27,588 bases of DNA from a virus (lineage: Duplodnaviria > Caudoviricetes), in the IMG/VR virus record IMGVR_UViG_3300020042_010940, positions 1 through 27,588 of that record, one strand, 5' to 3'. Below are positions 19,141 to 26,786 of the stretch, one piece after another. The notes beneath the pieces were generated by a model. It searched no databases, had not been told where the DNA came from, and worked only from the letters and a program-made list of their open reading frames with translations. The translations under genes were made by a program, and so were the position numbers. Position 1 is the stretch's first letter, and every line of letters starts with the position of its first letter.

Positions 19141-19148
19141 ATAAATAG
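19141..19148 (-). promoter_or_regulatory. class 2 motif CTATTTAT
   Basis: ~21 nt before ATG 19120. Confidence 0.5.
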
Positions 19149-19176
19149 TAACATTTTTATTCAACTAAAAATCTTA

Positions 19177-19377
19177 CTACTCCTCTATGTCCAATTCTCC
19201 TAGTGCTTCTTGTTCACTGAGAGATTTATAGATGTCTGCTGTTGTCTGTTCTAATGATGCTAGTAGGTTTAAGCTACTTGCCACTTGTACAGCTTGTAGT
19301 GCTGCTGATAAGGGAACCATGTCAACTCCTCTTACATTCTCTTTTGATTGTTCTAGGTATTCAATTACTTCTTCCAT
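19177..19377 (-). CDS. small acidic hypothetical protein
   Basis: start overlaps the 3' end of the DpdA-like gene; last gene of that operon. Confidence 0.6.
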   Translation of the reverse strand: MEEVIEYLEQSKENVRGVDMVPLSAALQAVQVASSLNLLASLEQTTADIYKSLSEQEALGELDIEE

Positions 19378-20159
19378 TCTAGTTTTGTTGCTTGATTAAA
19401 TAAAAATGCTACGTTAGATTTTATAAGTTCTAGATCTACATTTGACATATCAAACGTCTCTAAGAAGTTGTGAGGTGTTGGAGTACGGGTTGTGTGATCA
19501 ACTGTAAAGTCTTGTCCTAGAGACGCTGCAAACACTGGATATACGCTGTCTGTACTTCTCATCATTGGATGATCGTAGTATGCAAACTCTGTTGGGTCTC
19601 CTTGTCCTAAGCAGTGGATGGGTTTTACTAACAATCCTTTTTCCTTCAAATAATCGTAAGCCATGTGACGTGCTTCTTTTATTCCTTGATCGTCTGTATA
19701 ATTTTCTAGGAATGCATTTGGTACTGCTATCTTAGAAAATCCTATTACATTAATCCAAGATTGATTTATTGCCCAGTTGTATGCATTTAGCCATGCTTCT
19801 TTAGTTTCTCCTTGTGGACAGAAAAAGATATCAATCGTTCCTAACAATCCTTCTTCCTCCATACGATCTCTAAACATTCTCGCATTAGCAATCGTATCCT
19901 CTTTGTTAAATAAAACGTCTGGCGCTATTACTTCATCAGGCATTAACTCTCTACAGATTTCAATTAAGATATCCTCTGTTACTAATGCTCTCTCAGCTGC
20001 TGAGTTGTCTAATGTAATCCAGTATCCTTCTTCTTTTCGGTCAAGGATAAAATCTCTATACTCACGAGACTGAACCCATAAGTGAGCCAATACGAAGATG
20101 CGATTGCCCAACTTCATTGGCTCTAAATTACTTAGTGGTGATATTACGTATACGTCCAT
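19365..20159 (-). CDS. divergent TGT/DpdA-fold guanine transglycosylase (DpdA3-like)
   Basis: TIM-barrel motifs LDNSA, APD, PQG, IHCLG and STDS in TGT/DpdA order; no CxCxxC Zn site; directly after folE. Confidence 0.65.
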   Translation of the reverse strand: MDVYVISPLSNLEPMKLGNRIFVLAHLWVQSREYRDFILDRKEEGYWITLDNSAAERALVTEDILIEICRELMPDEVIAPDVLFNKEDTIANARMFRDRMEEEGLLGTIDIFFCPQGETKEAWLNAYNWAINQSWINVIGFSKIAVPNAFLENYTDDQGIKEARHMAYDYLKEKGLLVKPIHCLGQGDPTEFAYYDHPMMRSTDSVYPVFAASLGQDFTVDHTTRTPTPHNFLETFDMSNVDLELIKSNVAFLFNQATKLEWKK

Positions 20160-20162
20160 GTT

Positions 20163-20804
20163 TTAAACTCTACTATTATCAATTAGGCTAAAGAATTCTT
20201 GACGAGTTCCAATCTCATTATCAAAAAAGTATCCTGACATTTGAGAAGTTTTCATAACTGAATCTTGTTTAATTCCTCTACATCTTACACAGTTGTGTTG
20301 TGATTCAACTACTACTGCTACTCCTCTATTACCAATACACAACTCACTAATGTGATCATGGATTTGTTTTGTTAGACTTTCTTGGATGTTTGGTCTACGA
20401 GAATAGAAATCAACAATACGATTTAATTTACTCAAACCAACTACCATGTCTGTCTTTTCTTTTCCTGGAATGTATGCTACGTGAGCTACTCCTGAGAATG
20501 TTAAGTTGTGGTGTGCACACATACTCATTACCGGAATACGAGTTTGGCATATTAATCCTGTGTACCCCTCATCATTAGGGAAGCTTGTAATTACTGGTGA
20601 TTCATTTACACTACCTGCAATAAGGTCATTGATCCAAGCCTTTGCTACTCTCTTTGGAGTATTGGCTGAGTGTGGATCTTTTTCCCAGTCAAAACCTAAT
20701 GCATTTAGAAATTGACCATAGTAGATAGCTGCTTGGTCTATCATTTGTAATTTCTCTTCAGATGTTCTTGGCATGTTTCCATTTGCCTTTTGTAATAATT
20801 CCAT
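20163..20804 (-). CDS. folE: GTP cyclohydrolase I
   Basis: TPKRVAK, SMCAHH, VGLSKLNRIV, IQE.LT, HNCVRCRG. Confidence 0.95.
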   Translation of the reverse strand: MELLQKANGNMPRTSEEKLQMIDQAAIYYGQFLNALGFDWEKDPHSANTPKRVAKAWINDLIAGSVNESPVITSFPNDEGYTGLICQTRIPVMSMCAHHNLTFSGVAHVAYIPGKEKTDMVVGLSKLNRIVDFYSRRPNIQESLTKQIHDHISELCIGNRGVAVVVESQHNCVRCRGIKQDSVMKTSQMSGYFFDNEIGTRQEFFSLIDNSRV

Positions 20805-20807
20805 AGA

Positions 20808-21269
20808 CTATATTTTGTTTTGTTCTTTTAATATACTAAATAATTCTGATAATCCCAACTTATTGTCTCTTTTTTCTGCTTCTTCAAATGTTAAAGTATC
20901 TTTTGGATCTTTACGAGCTTCAAATCTTCTTTTGCGTTCTGCACTATCAACTTCTAGCCATTTGTATTCTAATTGTATATTGTCAGGTAGCCATTGTTGT
21001 ACTTGCTCTACAATTGAGTACTGTCTTATTCCATCTATAACAATTGTATGTGGAAGTGGATGAACGTATCCAAATATGTTATCAATCTCTTCTACAATCT
21101 CATCTGCTATTGCAGAATCAAGATGCTTAGAGTTTTGCAATACCTCCCTGCTTTCAGATTGCATTAACCTCTTTACTATATTGGATACAGTAATCCTCAT
21201 AGAAAACTCTCCAAAGTCGTATGTGCTCTTACCTGAGCATATCTCTCCAAATAAAAATACTATCTTCAT
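20808..21269 (-). CDS. P-loop nucleotide monophosphate kinase-like protein
   Basis: GEICSGKS Walker A, VIDGIR, RxxRxxxR lid. Confidence 0.75.
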   Translation of the reverse strand: MKIVFLFGEICSGKSTYDFGEFSMRITVSNIVKRLMQSESREVLQNSKHLDSAIADEIVEEIDNIFGYVHPLPHTIVIDGIRQYSIVEQVQQWLPDNIQLEYKWLEVDSAERKRRFEARKDPKDTLTFEEAEKRDNKLGLSELFSILKEQNKI

Positions 21270-21625
21270 TATATTTTTTCTACTTTAGCTCCATTCTCGT
21301 TGTCTTCCCAAACTTCAACCCATTCTGCATTAAACGCTTTTAGTACTTCTTCTGCAAGCATCTCACATGACTTAGGTCCAAATTCACAAGTTCTTGTTTT
21401 GCCATTAAAGTAATATGCGTCAAGGTATCCTAGTATATCTCTCTTCAACATAATAAATTCCTTATCACGATCTGAGTGAGTAACTTTACATGCTACTGTG
21501 AAGTGGAACATGTGTCTGTGTCTGTCAGCTAGAAAGTCTACTTCTGGGAATAGCTCAGCTGCTTTAGGAAAGTTGTGACAGCCATCGACTGCTAACTTTA
21601 CCATCACTGTTGTTTTGGTATTCAT
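21269..21625 (-). CDS. QueD paralog, DpdL-like (putative CDG decarboxylase)
   Basis: T-fold size, LADRHRHMF (LxxxHRHxF) instead of CxxxHGH, SCEMLA, VEVWEDNENGA. Confidence 0.7.
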   Translation of the reverse strand: MNTKTTVMVKLAVDGCHNFPKAAELFPEVDFLADRHRHMFHFTVACKVTHSDRDKEFIMLKRDILGYLDAYYFNGKTRTCEFGPKSCEMLAEEVLKAFNAEWVEVWEDNENGAKVEKI

Positions 21626-21626
21626 A

Positions 21627-22109
21627 TTATTTTACGTCTTTAGTTCCTTGCCACTGACCTGCATACAATTCTGCATCAAAATTATCAAAGATAATAATTT
21701 GAGCTACTCTTGCTCCTTTCTCAATCATAATTAGCTCTGTTGCAATTAGAACTCCACCCATTTCATCTACTTCGAATCCTGGATCATATACTCCTGATGT
21801 TATAATTCCACCACATCTTAGGATGCTTGATCTGTGTCTAATGAATGCTGTTTTGCCACTTGGAAGTTTTACTCCTTGTTCGAATGTAAGGCTGTACGTT
21901 CCTGGAGTAAGTATGAAGAACTCTTTACCGTCCTCAGGTGAGGTAGCTACTTGATCCTCATATGGATGTACAACTGTCTTATCTGAACTAACGATTCCAC
22001 CCTTAACTCTCTTAACTTCTTTAAGAGTTAAATCATAACCTACTTGAGCTTTTGCTCCTTTACCATTTGTTTGTAGAAGTTGTTCTACTTGTTGTGCATT
22101 GTTTAACAT
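21627..22109 (-). CDS. trimeric dUTPase/dCTP deaminase-fold enzyme
   Basis: GYDLTL, RSSILRCG, GVYDPGF, GARVAQ, YAGQWQG. Confidence 0.85.
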   Translation of the reverse strand: MLNNAQQVEQLLQTNGKGAKAQVGYDLTLKEVKRVKGGIVSSDKTVVHPYEDQVATSPEDGKEFFILTPGTYSLTFEQGVKLPSGKTAFIRHRSSILRCGGIITSGVYDPGFEVDEMGGVLIATELIMIEKGARVAQIIIFDNFDAELYAGQWQGTKDVK

Positions 22110-22126
22110 AGCTATTTATTTTTTAT

Positions 22127-22156
22127 TAATATACAAAATTGCCTCCGAAGAGGCAA
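22127..22156 (-). promoter_or_regulatory. class 1 promoter of the deazaguanine operon, fused to a terminator
   Basis: TTG cctcttcggaggcaattttg TATATTA. Confidence 0.72.
22135..22156 (-). terminator. intrinsic terminator with a UUCG tetraloop
   Basis: UUGCCUC-UUCG-GAGGCAA-UUUU just past the stop at 22161. Confidence 0.8.
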
Positions 22157-22160
22157 CTTT

Positions 22161-22358
22161 TTATTCAATTACTTTTACAATTTTTGATTGTACTACTCCT
22201 ACTACTGAGAAGTTTGATTCTCCTTCGAAGTCTTTATAGATCTTTGCTTCTGCATCTGTTGCTGAGATTGCACTTACTAGGTACTGTTCTTTTGTTCTTT
22301 GAATGCGACCTCTGTCGCTTTCGTGCTCCAATTGCACGGTGACTGTCCAATAGTTCAT
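22161..22358 (-). CDS. DUF4494-like small protein
   Basis: EQYLVSAISATDAEAKI resembles the ExYLVxAxSxTEAEA signature of Bacteroidota DUF4494. Confidence 0.65.
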   Translation of the reverse strand: MNYWTVTVQLEHESDRGRIQRTKEQYLVSAISATDAEAKIYKDFEGESNFSVVGVVQSKIVKVIE

Positions 22359-22373
22359 CTTATTTGGTTTTAG

Positions 22374-22772
22374 TTATTTTTTTAAATAATCTTGAATTGC
22401 TTCTGAATCTTTTCTTTCCCATGGATAAACAATCCACTCATCTCCTACCTCTTGTGCGTAGAAGGTTGGTTTATGTTTTGCTGTTGGCTTATAATGAAGT
22501 ACAGCTGTAGGAATTTCTCCTAGAATAGAATTTAACGTTTCTCCCGTATCACAAATATCATCTATCACTAATGTAGTTGGATGAATAGAGTATACGTAAG
22601 GTAGGTTTAATTTATGTGAGATCATTACTGCTGGAATTAGTCCTCCTCTTTGTAATCCAGTTACTGATGTTATTGGTAACTCAGAGTGGTCTATCCATTC
22701 ACATAATTGATTTACTAATGTTTCAATATCATCCCAACTTAAGTATATTTTTCCGTCTGCTTTTAGTGCCAT
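22374..22772 (-). CDS. type I purine phosphoribosyltransferase (Gpt/Hpt-like)
   Basis: LSWDDI, RGGLIPA, PRPP loop VIDDICDTGET, WIVYPWE. Confidence 0.88.
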   Translation of the reverse strand: MALKADGKIYLSWDDIETLVNQLCEWIDHSELPITSVTGLQRGGLIPAVMISHKLNLPYVYSIHPTTLVIDDICDTGETLNSILGEIPTAVLHYKPTAKHKPTFYAQEVGDEWIVYPWERKDSEAIQDYLKK

Positions 22773-22773
22773 G

Positions 22774-23358
22774 TTAATTTATTTTATAGTCTGCGAATGT
22801 AGGCTTTGTTGGTGGTTCGTTCTTAAAGTAGTATGTAATTTTTCTACTCTTGGTAGTGATGATCTTGTAAAAAGCTGTAGGGATAGCTGCACCTGCATCC
22901 ACTCTTCTGGGATTTTTATCAAATACTATTTTTATTTCAACTTTTACTGGACCTTCTGTTATTGCTAAATCTCTTTCATAGTTCTCTAACAATCTCCATT
23001 GAACTCTGTTTAATTTTTCATTCTGAAGAGTACAGTTAAGGTATGAGAAAGTTTTAAATAACATTTCTTTAGTGCAATTAAAATCTGCTGCTGGAGCACA
23101 GTGTCCTTTATCGTAAACATTGTTTGCGTAGTCATTTGCATCTGAGGTGTGTATTTTTTTGTCTGTATAGAAATCCATTCCTTTTCTAGGTGCTTTACCA
23201 TCTGTACAAGCTACTTGATACTTGACCCATAGTGGTTGTTCTAAAGTTTCAGAGTACATTGTTTCGTAGATATCTGTCTTAACGTAGACGCTATCTCTTG
23301 CTATTTGTCCAAATGAAAAAAGTGGAACTGCTGCTAGTAGTATTAATAACTTTTTCAT
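22774..23358 (-). CDS. DNA/RNA non-specific endonuclease (NucA/EndA-like) with signal peptide
   Basis: DKGHCAP, NCTLQxxxLNxxxW, IPTAFYK; leader MKKLLILLAAVPLFSFG. Confidence 0.88.
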   Translation of the reverse strand: MKKLLILLAAVPLFSFGQIARDSVYVKTDIYETMYSETLEQPLWVKYQVACTDGKAPRKGMDFYTDKKIHTSDANDYANNVYDKGHCAPAADFNCTKEMLFKTFSYLNCTLQNEKLNRVQWRLLENYERDLAITEGPVKVEIKIVFDKNPRRVDAGAAIPTAFYKIITTKSRKITYYFKNEPPTKPTFADYKIN

Positions 23359-23359
23359 A

Positions 23360-23638
23360 TTAAACTTTTGCTATTGTTATTCCTTCTACTCCTGTGATTT
23401 GTAAGTCTTCTATTGATAGCTCTATTGGAGTATTTGAAAGCTCTGCTGTAACATAGTCTATTAGCTCTTGTACTGATACTTTGTCTTTGAACCCTGCTTT
23501 GCTTGAGTTGCTTGTTATTAGTTCTAAGTTTGTACCTTCTACTAGTTTGTAATCCCAGATATAAAGTCCATCTGCTTTAGGATATGATTTAGAAAGGTCT
23601 CTGTTTTCTGCTAAATTAATTAAGTCTTGTAACGTCAT
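23360..23638 (-). CDS. hypothetical protein
   Basis: packed in operon. Confidence 0.65.
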   Translation of the reverse strand: MTLQDLINLAENRDLSKSYPKADGLYIWDYKLVEGTNLELITSNSSKAGFKDKVSVQELIDYVTAELSNTPIELSIEDLQITGVEGITIAKV

Positions 23639-23646
23639 TTTGATTT

Positions 23647-23832
23647 TTATTTAATTGAATATTTAGTTTTTCCGTCTGGTGATTCGACTTTTATTTCTCC
23701 ATTTGCTAGAACTGTTAGTTCTAAATCATACTCTTCTTTAAGTAGTTTTTTTACTGTAACAGTGTCCATTCCTCTACTTTTCCATAGAGTATGAAGAGTT
23801 CTCAATACTTCTTCTGTGTTTGCTTTTCTCAT
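23647..23832 (-). CDS. hypothetical protein
   Basis: packed in operon. Confidence 0.6.
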   Translation of the reverse strand: MRKANTEEVLRTLHTLWKSRGMDTVTVKKLLKEEYDLELTVLANGEIKVESPDGKTKYSIK

Positions 23833-23844
23833 TATACTTCTCTT

Positions 23845-24435
23845 TTATTTTGCTGCGAATCTTAACATACATCCTCTAGTTGCTTCAGGCATATACTCTT
23901 CTGGATTTGTTAGTACTTGTTCTAATTTATCACGAAGAGATTGTTTCATTACTTTATCTTGATCTTCTTTACTATCTATATCTTGTGGGAAGGTAGGGTT
24001 GAATGTCAGTGTAATTGATCTTGAAGGTTCAAAATTTTCAGGATTATATACTAGTGGTCCGAATGTACATCCATCCTTTACTGGTGAGTGTACTGTTTTA
24101 GGATCATACATTTTAGGTGAGAAAAGAATTTGATATACATAAGCAGTCTTTCCTTCGTAAGTAGGATTTTCTTCATCATCTAATTTAATTGTTTTGGCTA
24201 CAATTGCCTCTTTACCATCCTCTGTCATTTCTCCTGGTATTTCCATCCAAAGTACTTTTTTTACTTTAAAATGATCTATTACTAACTGCTCTACTTGCTG
24301 GCTTTGCTCATCTGTTAGTGCTACTACATTATAACCTCCTGGGTTAAGTTCTTGTCTGTATTTACCAAAAGCAAGTCGCTCATTTGTAACTGGACCTACA
24401 ATGTCCATTACTCTTTTTGTAATTTGATTTTCCAT
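23845..24435 (-). CDS. hypothetical protein
   Basis: likely start MENQITK at 24435 after an A-rich leader. Confidence 0.7.
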   Translation of the reverse strand: MENQITKRVMDIVGPVTNERLAFGKYRQELNPGGYNVVALTDEQSQQVEQLVIDHFKVKKVLWMEIPGEMTEDGKEAIVAKTIKLDDEENPTYEGKTAYVYQILFSPKMYDPKTVHSPVKDGCTFGPLVYNPENFEPSRSITLTFNPTFPQDIDSKEDQDKVMKQSLRDKLEQVLTNPEEYMPEATRGCMLRFAAK

Positions 24436-24451
24436 ATTTTTATTTTTATTT

Positions 24452-25237
24452 TTATACTTCTCTTTGGTCCTGGAAAGCAATGATGTGTGGCCTCCATGTT
24501 AATCTAAATCCATTATCTCTAACCCAATCAAACAATTTTGGATATGATTGGAACAAAGCCTCTCTTGTATCTCCAGCTGGCATGAACCATACTTTGTCTT
24601 CTGGAATATCCATCATGTGAATGAAACTTAGGATCTCTTCTAGGGATTGTTCATCCTCTCCATCCCATACAGGTTTCAGGTGATAGTCAGAATGAAATGC
24701 AATCATCTTAGCAATTGCTTCATAATTCATTCTAAACTTATTATGTTGTTTGATCATTTTTTCATCCGTAACATCTCCCTGAGGCGTAAGAGTTCCCAAT
24801 ACTGGTGTTGAATTGGTGAACTTGGGAGAGATACTGAGAAGATTAATTGGATAGTCAGTCTTAACAAAATGACTACCTTCAGTTTCAATTGTAATAAAAA
24901 TACCTCTTTCATGTGCTAGATGTGTTAATTCATTTACTAATGCTGGGTGCATTGTAGGTGATCCTCCTGTTAGCATCATCTCTGTGATGTGAGGATTCTT
25001 ATCGTACATATCGATTATGTCCTGAAATTTGATATGTCCTTTCTCAGGATGTATGGAAGTGTACCAACTGTCGCACCAACCTCCATCTCCGAAGTAGCAT
25101 CTGTGAGTACATCCAGTTGTTCTTATTACTACGGTTGGATAACCAGCTCTACTTCCTTCTGATTGTACTGCTGTGTATAGTTCTACGATTGGAAGTACTT
25201 TGTCGTACTCTTGTATTCTTTTTAGATTACTCTCCAT
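24452..25237 (-). CDS. queE: 7-carboxy-7-deazaguanine synthase (radical SAM)
   Basis: VQSEG..AG.PTVVIRTTGCTHRC...WCDS, LTGG.P, IETEGS, SISPK; insertion within the CxxxCxxC motif; start likely 25237. Confidence 0.9.
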   Translation of the reverse strand: MESNLKRIQEYDKVLPIVELYTAVQSEGSRAGYPTVVIRTTGCTHRCYFGDGGWCDSWYTSIHPEKGHIKFQDIIDMYDKNPHITEMMLTGGSPTMHPALVNELTHLAHERGIFITIETEGSHFVKTDYPINLLSISPKFTNSTPVLGTLTPQGDVTDEKMIKQHNKFRMNYEAIAKMIAFHSDYHLKPVWDGEDEQSLEEILSFIHMMDIPEDKVWFMPAGDTREALFQSYPKLFDWVRDNGFRLTWRPHIIAFQDQREV

Positions 25238-25691
25238 ATATTGCTGTGTTTTTACCATGTTCCATAAACTCTACACTTACTACTCTTACTCTGTTTTTTG
25301 TTTCTTCAAGTACAAATTTATTTACTTTATCGTAGATAAATTTAGCAAATTGTTCTGCTCCTGTAGCTGGTAGTATTCTGAGTTGAGCTACTCCTGCTTC
25401 GTCCATTTTCTTAAATGATTCTAAGAAAGGATCATCTTGAGCTACTAAGAAAGTATGATCGAACATATAGTCCATCCACTCTTTAGGTTGCATACCATCA
25501 ATCCAAGTCTTAGCTCTTTTCATTCCTCCGAAGTCCCATACCCAGTTTCTTTCATCTAAGTCTCCTTCAAAGACTATTTTAAAAGAAATACCATAACCGT
25601 GAAGGAATCTACAGTGAGTACCTTCTGCTCTCCATTGACGAAATACTGTAGAGTATCCATCGAAGATCTTTGTTGATTGGAATTTATTCAT
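25227..25691 (-). CDS. queD: 6-carboxytetrahydropterin synthase
   Basis: HCRFLHGY, WVWDFG, FDH, TGAEQFA, VEFME. Confidence 0.88.
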   Translation of the reverse strand: MNKFQSTKIFDGYSTVFRQWRAEGTHCRFLHGYGISFKIVFEGDLDERNWVWDFGGMKRAKTWIDGMQPKEWMDYMFDHTFLVAQDDPFLESFKKMDEAGVAQLRILPATGAEQFAKFIYDKVNKFVLEETKNRVRVVSVEFMEHGKNTAIYGE

Positions 25692-25694
25692 ATG

Positions 25695-25943
25695 TTAATT
25701 AATTATTCCCAACTCTTTTAGTTGTTCGGAAGTTAATGGTTTGACTACTTCAGGTTGTGATACTTTAGGAAGAACTCTGTTTAGTGGTTCTTTTTTAAAG
25801 AGGTAACCTGATATGTCAGTGTATCGAAGTAGTTCCCTATCTCCTTCAATTGTTGTAACCCCATTTGCTGCTTTAACCATGGCAATTTTGTATCCAAACT
25901 TATTGGATAACCATTTGATAAACTTTACGTGTAATCTATTCAT
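25695..25943 (-). CDS. hypothetical protein
   Basis: first gene after a class 1 promoter. Confidence 0.65.
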   Translation of the reverse strand: MNRLHVKFIKWLSNKFGYKIAMVKAANGVTTIEGDRELLRYTDISGYLFKKEPLNRVLPKVSQPEVVKPLTSEQLKELGIIN

Positions 25944-25959
25944 ATGTTTGTTTTTATTT

Positions 25960-25989
25960 TAATATACGTAAAATATTTGGGTATTCCAA
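25960..25989 (-). promoter_or_regulatory. class 1 promoter of the queD-queE operon
   Basis: (T)TTG gaatacccaaatattttacg TATATTA. Confidence 0.72.
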
Positions 25990-25991
25990 AT

Positions 25992-26330
25992 TTATTTCCA
26001 AATTAATTGGATTAACATTATAAGAACTGCTAGTGCTAAACAAACTAGAGTTTTTGTTGTGAGAGGTTCTTTGAACCACATCCAAGACATTAGTGTAAAG
26101 ACTATTGCTCCTGTTGCAAATGCTAATAGACGGGATGGCCATAAGTTACCGTTGTAGTGTGCTACCATGTACTTGGTTGTTCCAAGATACATTAGCGATA
26201 GAGGTATTCCAAGTAGTGATATAGTAAGCGGATGTTCTTTCATCCATGTGTACTTAAATTGTCCCTGGAGTTGTATGAAGGTAAGTACTTGTGCTGCTAC
26301 TCCTAGAAGTAATCCTATTATAAAATTCAT
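25992..26330 (-). CDS. small 4-TM membrane protein (SMR/DMT-like)
   Basis: 112 aa, four hydrophobic helices, FKEPLT before the last helix. Confidence 0.7.
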   Translation of the reverse strand: MNFIIGLLLGVAAQVLTFIQLQGQFKYTWMKEHPLTISLLGIPLSLMYLGTTKYMVAHYNGNLWPSRLLAFATGAIVFTLMSWMWFKEPLTTKTLVCLALAVLIMLIQLIWK

Positions 26331-26337
26331 AACTTGT

Positions 26338-26487
26338 TTACATTTTTTTATGTTCAGGGTTATAACTTACCCTACCATTTCTTTCAAAACTTTGAAAGGT
26401 TTCTTTTGAGATACAATGTACATCTCCGTTGGGAGTCATTACAATGAAATTATCTCCATCTTGTTTTATTACTACAATGTCCCACAT
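26338..26487 (-). CDS. 49-aa hypothetical protein (not in ORF track)
   Basis: MWDIVVIKQDGDNFIVMTPNGDVHCISKETFQSFERNGRVSYNPEHKKM*; fills the gap. Confidence 0.55.
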   Translation of the reverse strand: MWDIVVIKQDGDNFIVMTPNGDVHCISKETFQSFERNGRVSYNPEHKKM

Positions 26488-26490
26488 ATG

Positions 26491-26518
26491 TTAATTTGAT
26501 AATGGTGCTTTAATTGTT
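26491..26518. repeat. 28-bp direct repeat, downstream duplicate of the thyA 3' end
   Basis: ttaatttgataatggtgctttaattgtt, identical to 26759-26786. Confidence 0.95.
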
Positions 26519-26746
26519 TGGTGAAATTGTTACCTTATACTTCATTGTTCTGTCATTCATATCCATAATACCAAATACAACAGAATCCTTATCATCAGGA
26601 TTAATTAATGTAGGTGTTACGAGATAGCCTTTTAAAGTGGTTAAATCTAAATGTATTTTTTTTATTAAAGAAACGGGAATTTTAGTTTCTATTTCTGTTT
26701 TTTCAAATGTTTCTGGATTGATATAATCCGCTTTGTAATTTTCCAT
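26510..26746 (-). CDS. hypothetical protein between the direct repeats
   Basis: 78 aa; stop codon lies inside the repeat. Confidence 0.65.
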   Translation of the reverse strand: MENYKADYINPETFEKTEIETKIPVSLIKKIHLDLTTLKGYLVTPTLINPDDKDSVVFGIMDMNDRTMKYKVTISPNN

Positions 26747-26758
26747 AATTTTTGTTTT

Positions 26759-26786
26759 TTAATTTGATAATGGTGCTTTAATTGTT
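26759..26786. repeat. 28-bp direct repeat, native thyA 3' end
   Basis: encodes TIKAPLSN-stop. Confidence 0.95.

Noticed and set aside
19365-25691. Cellular queuosine tRNA or folate pathway
   Set aside because: No queC, queF, queA, Zn-binding tgt or fol genes; phage context and the DpdL-like paralog favour DNA modification
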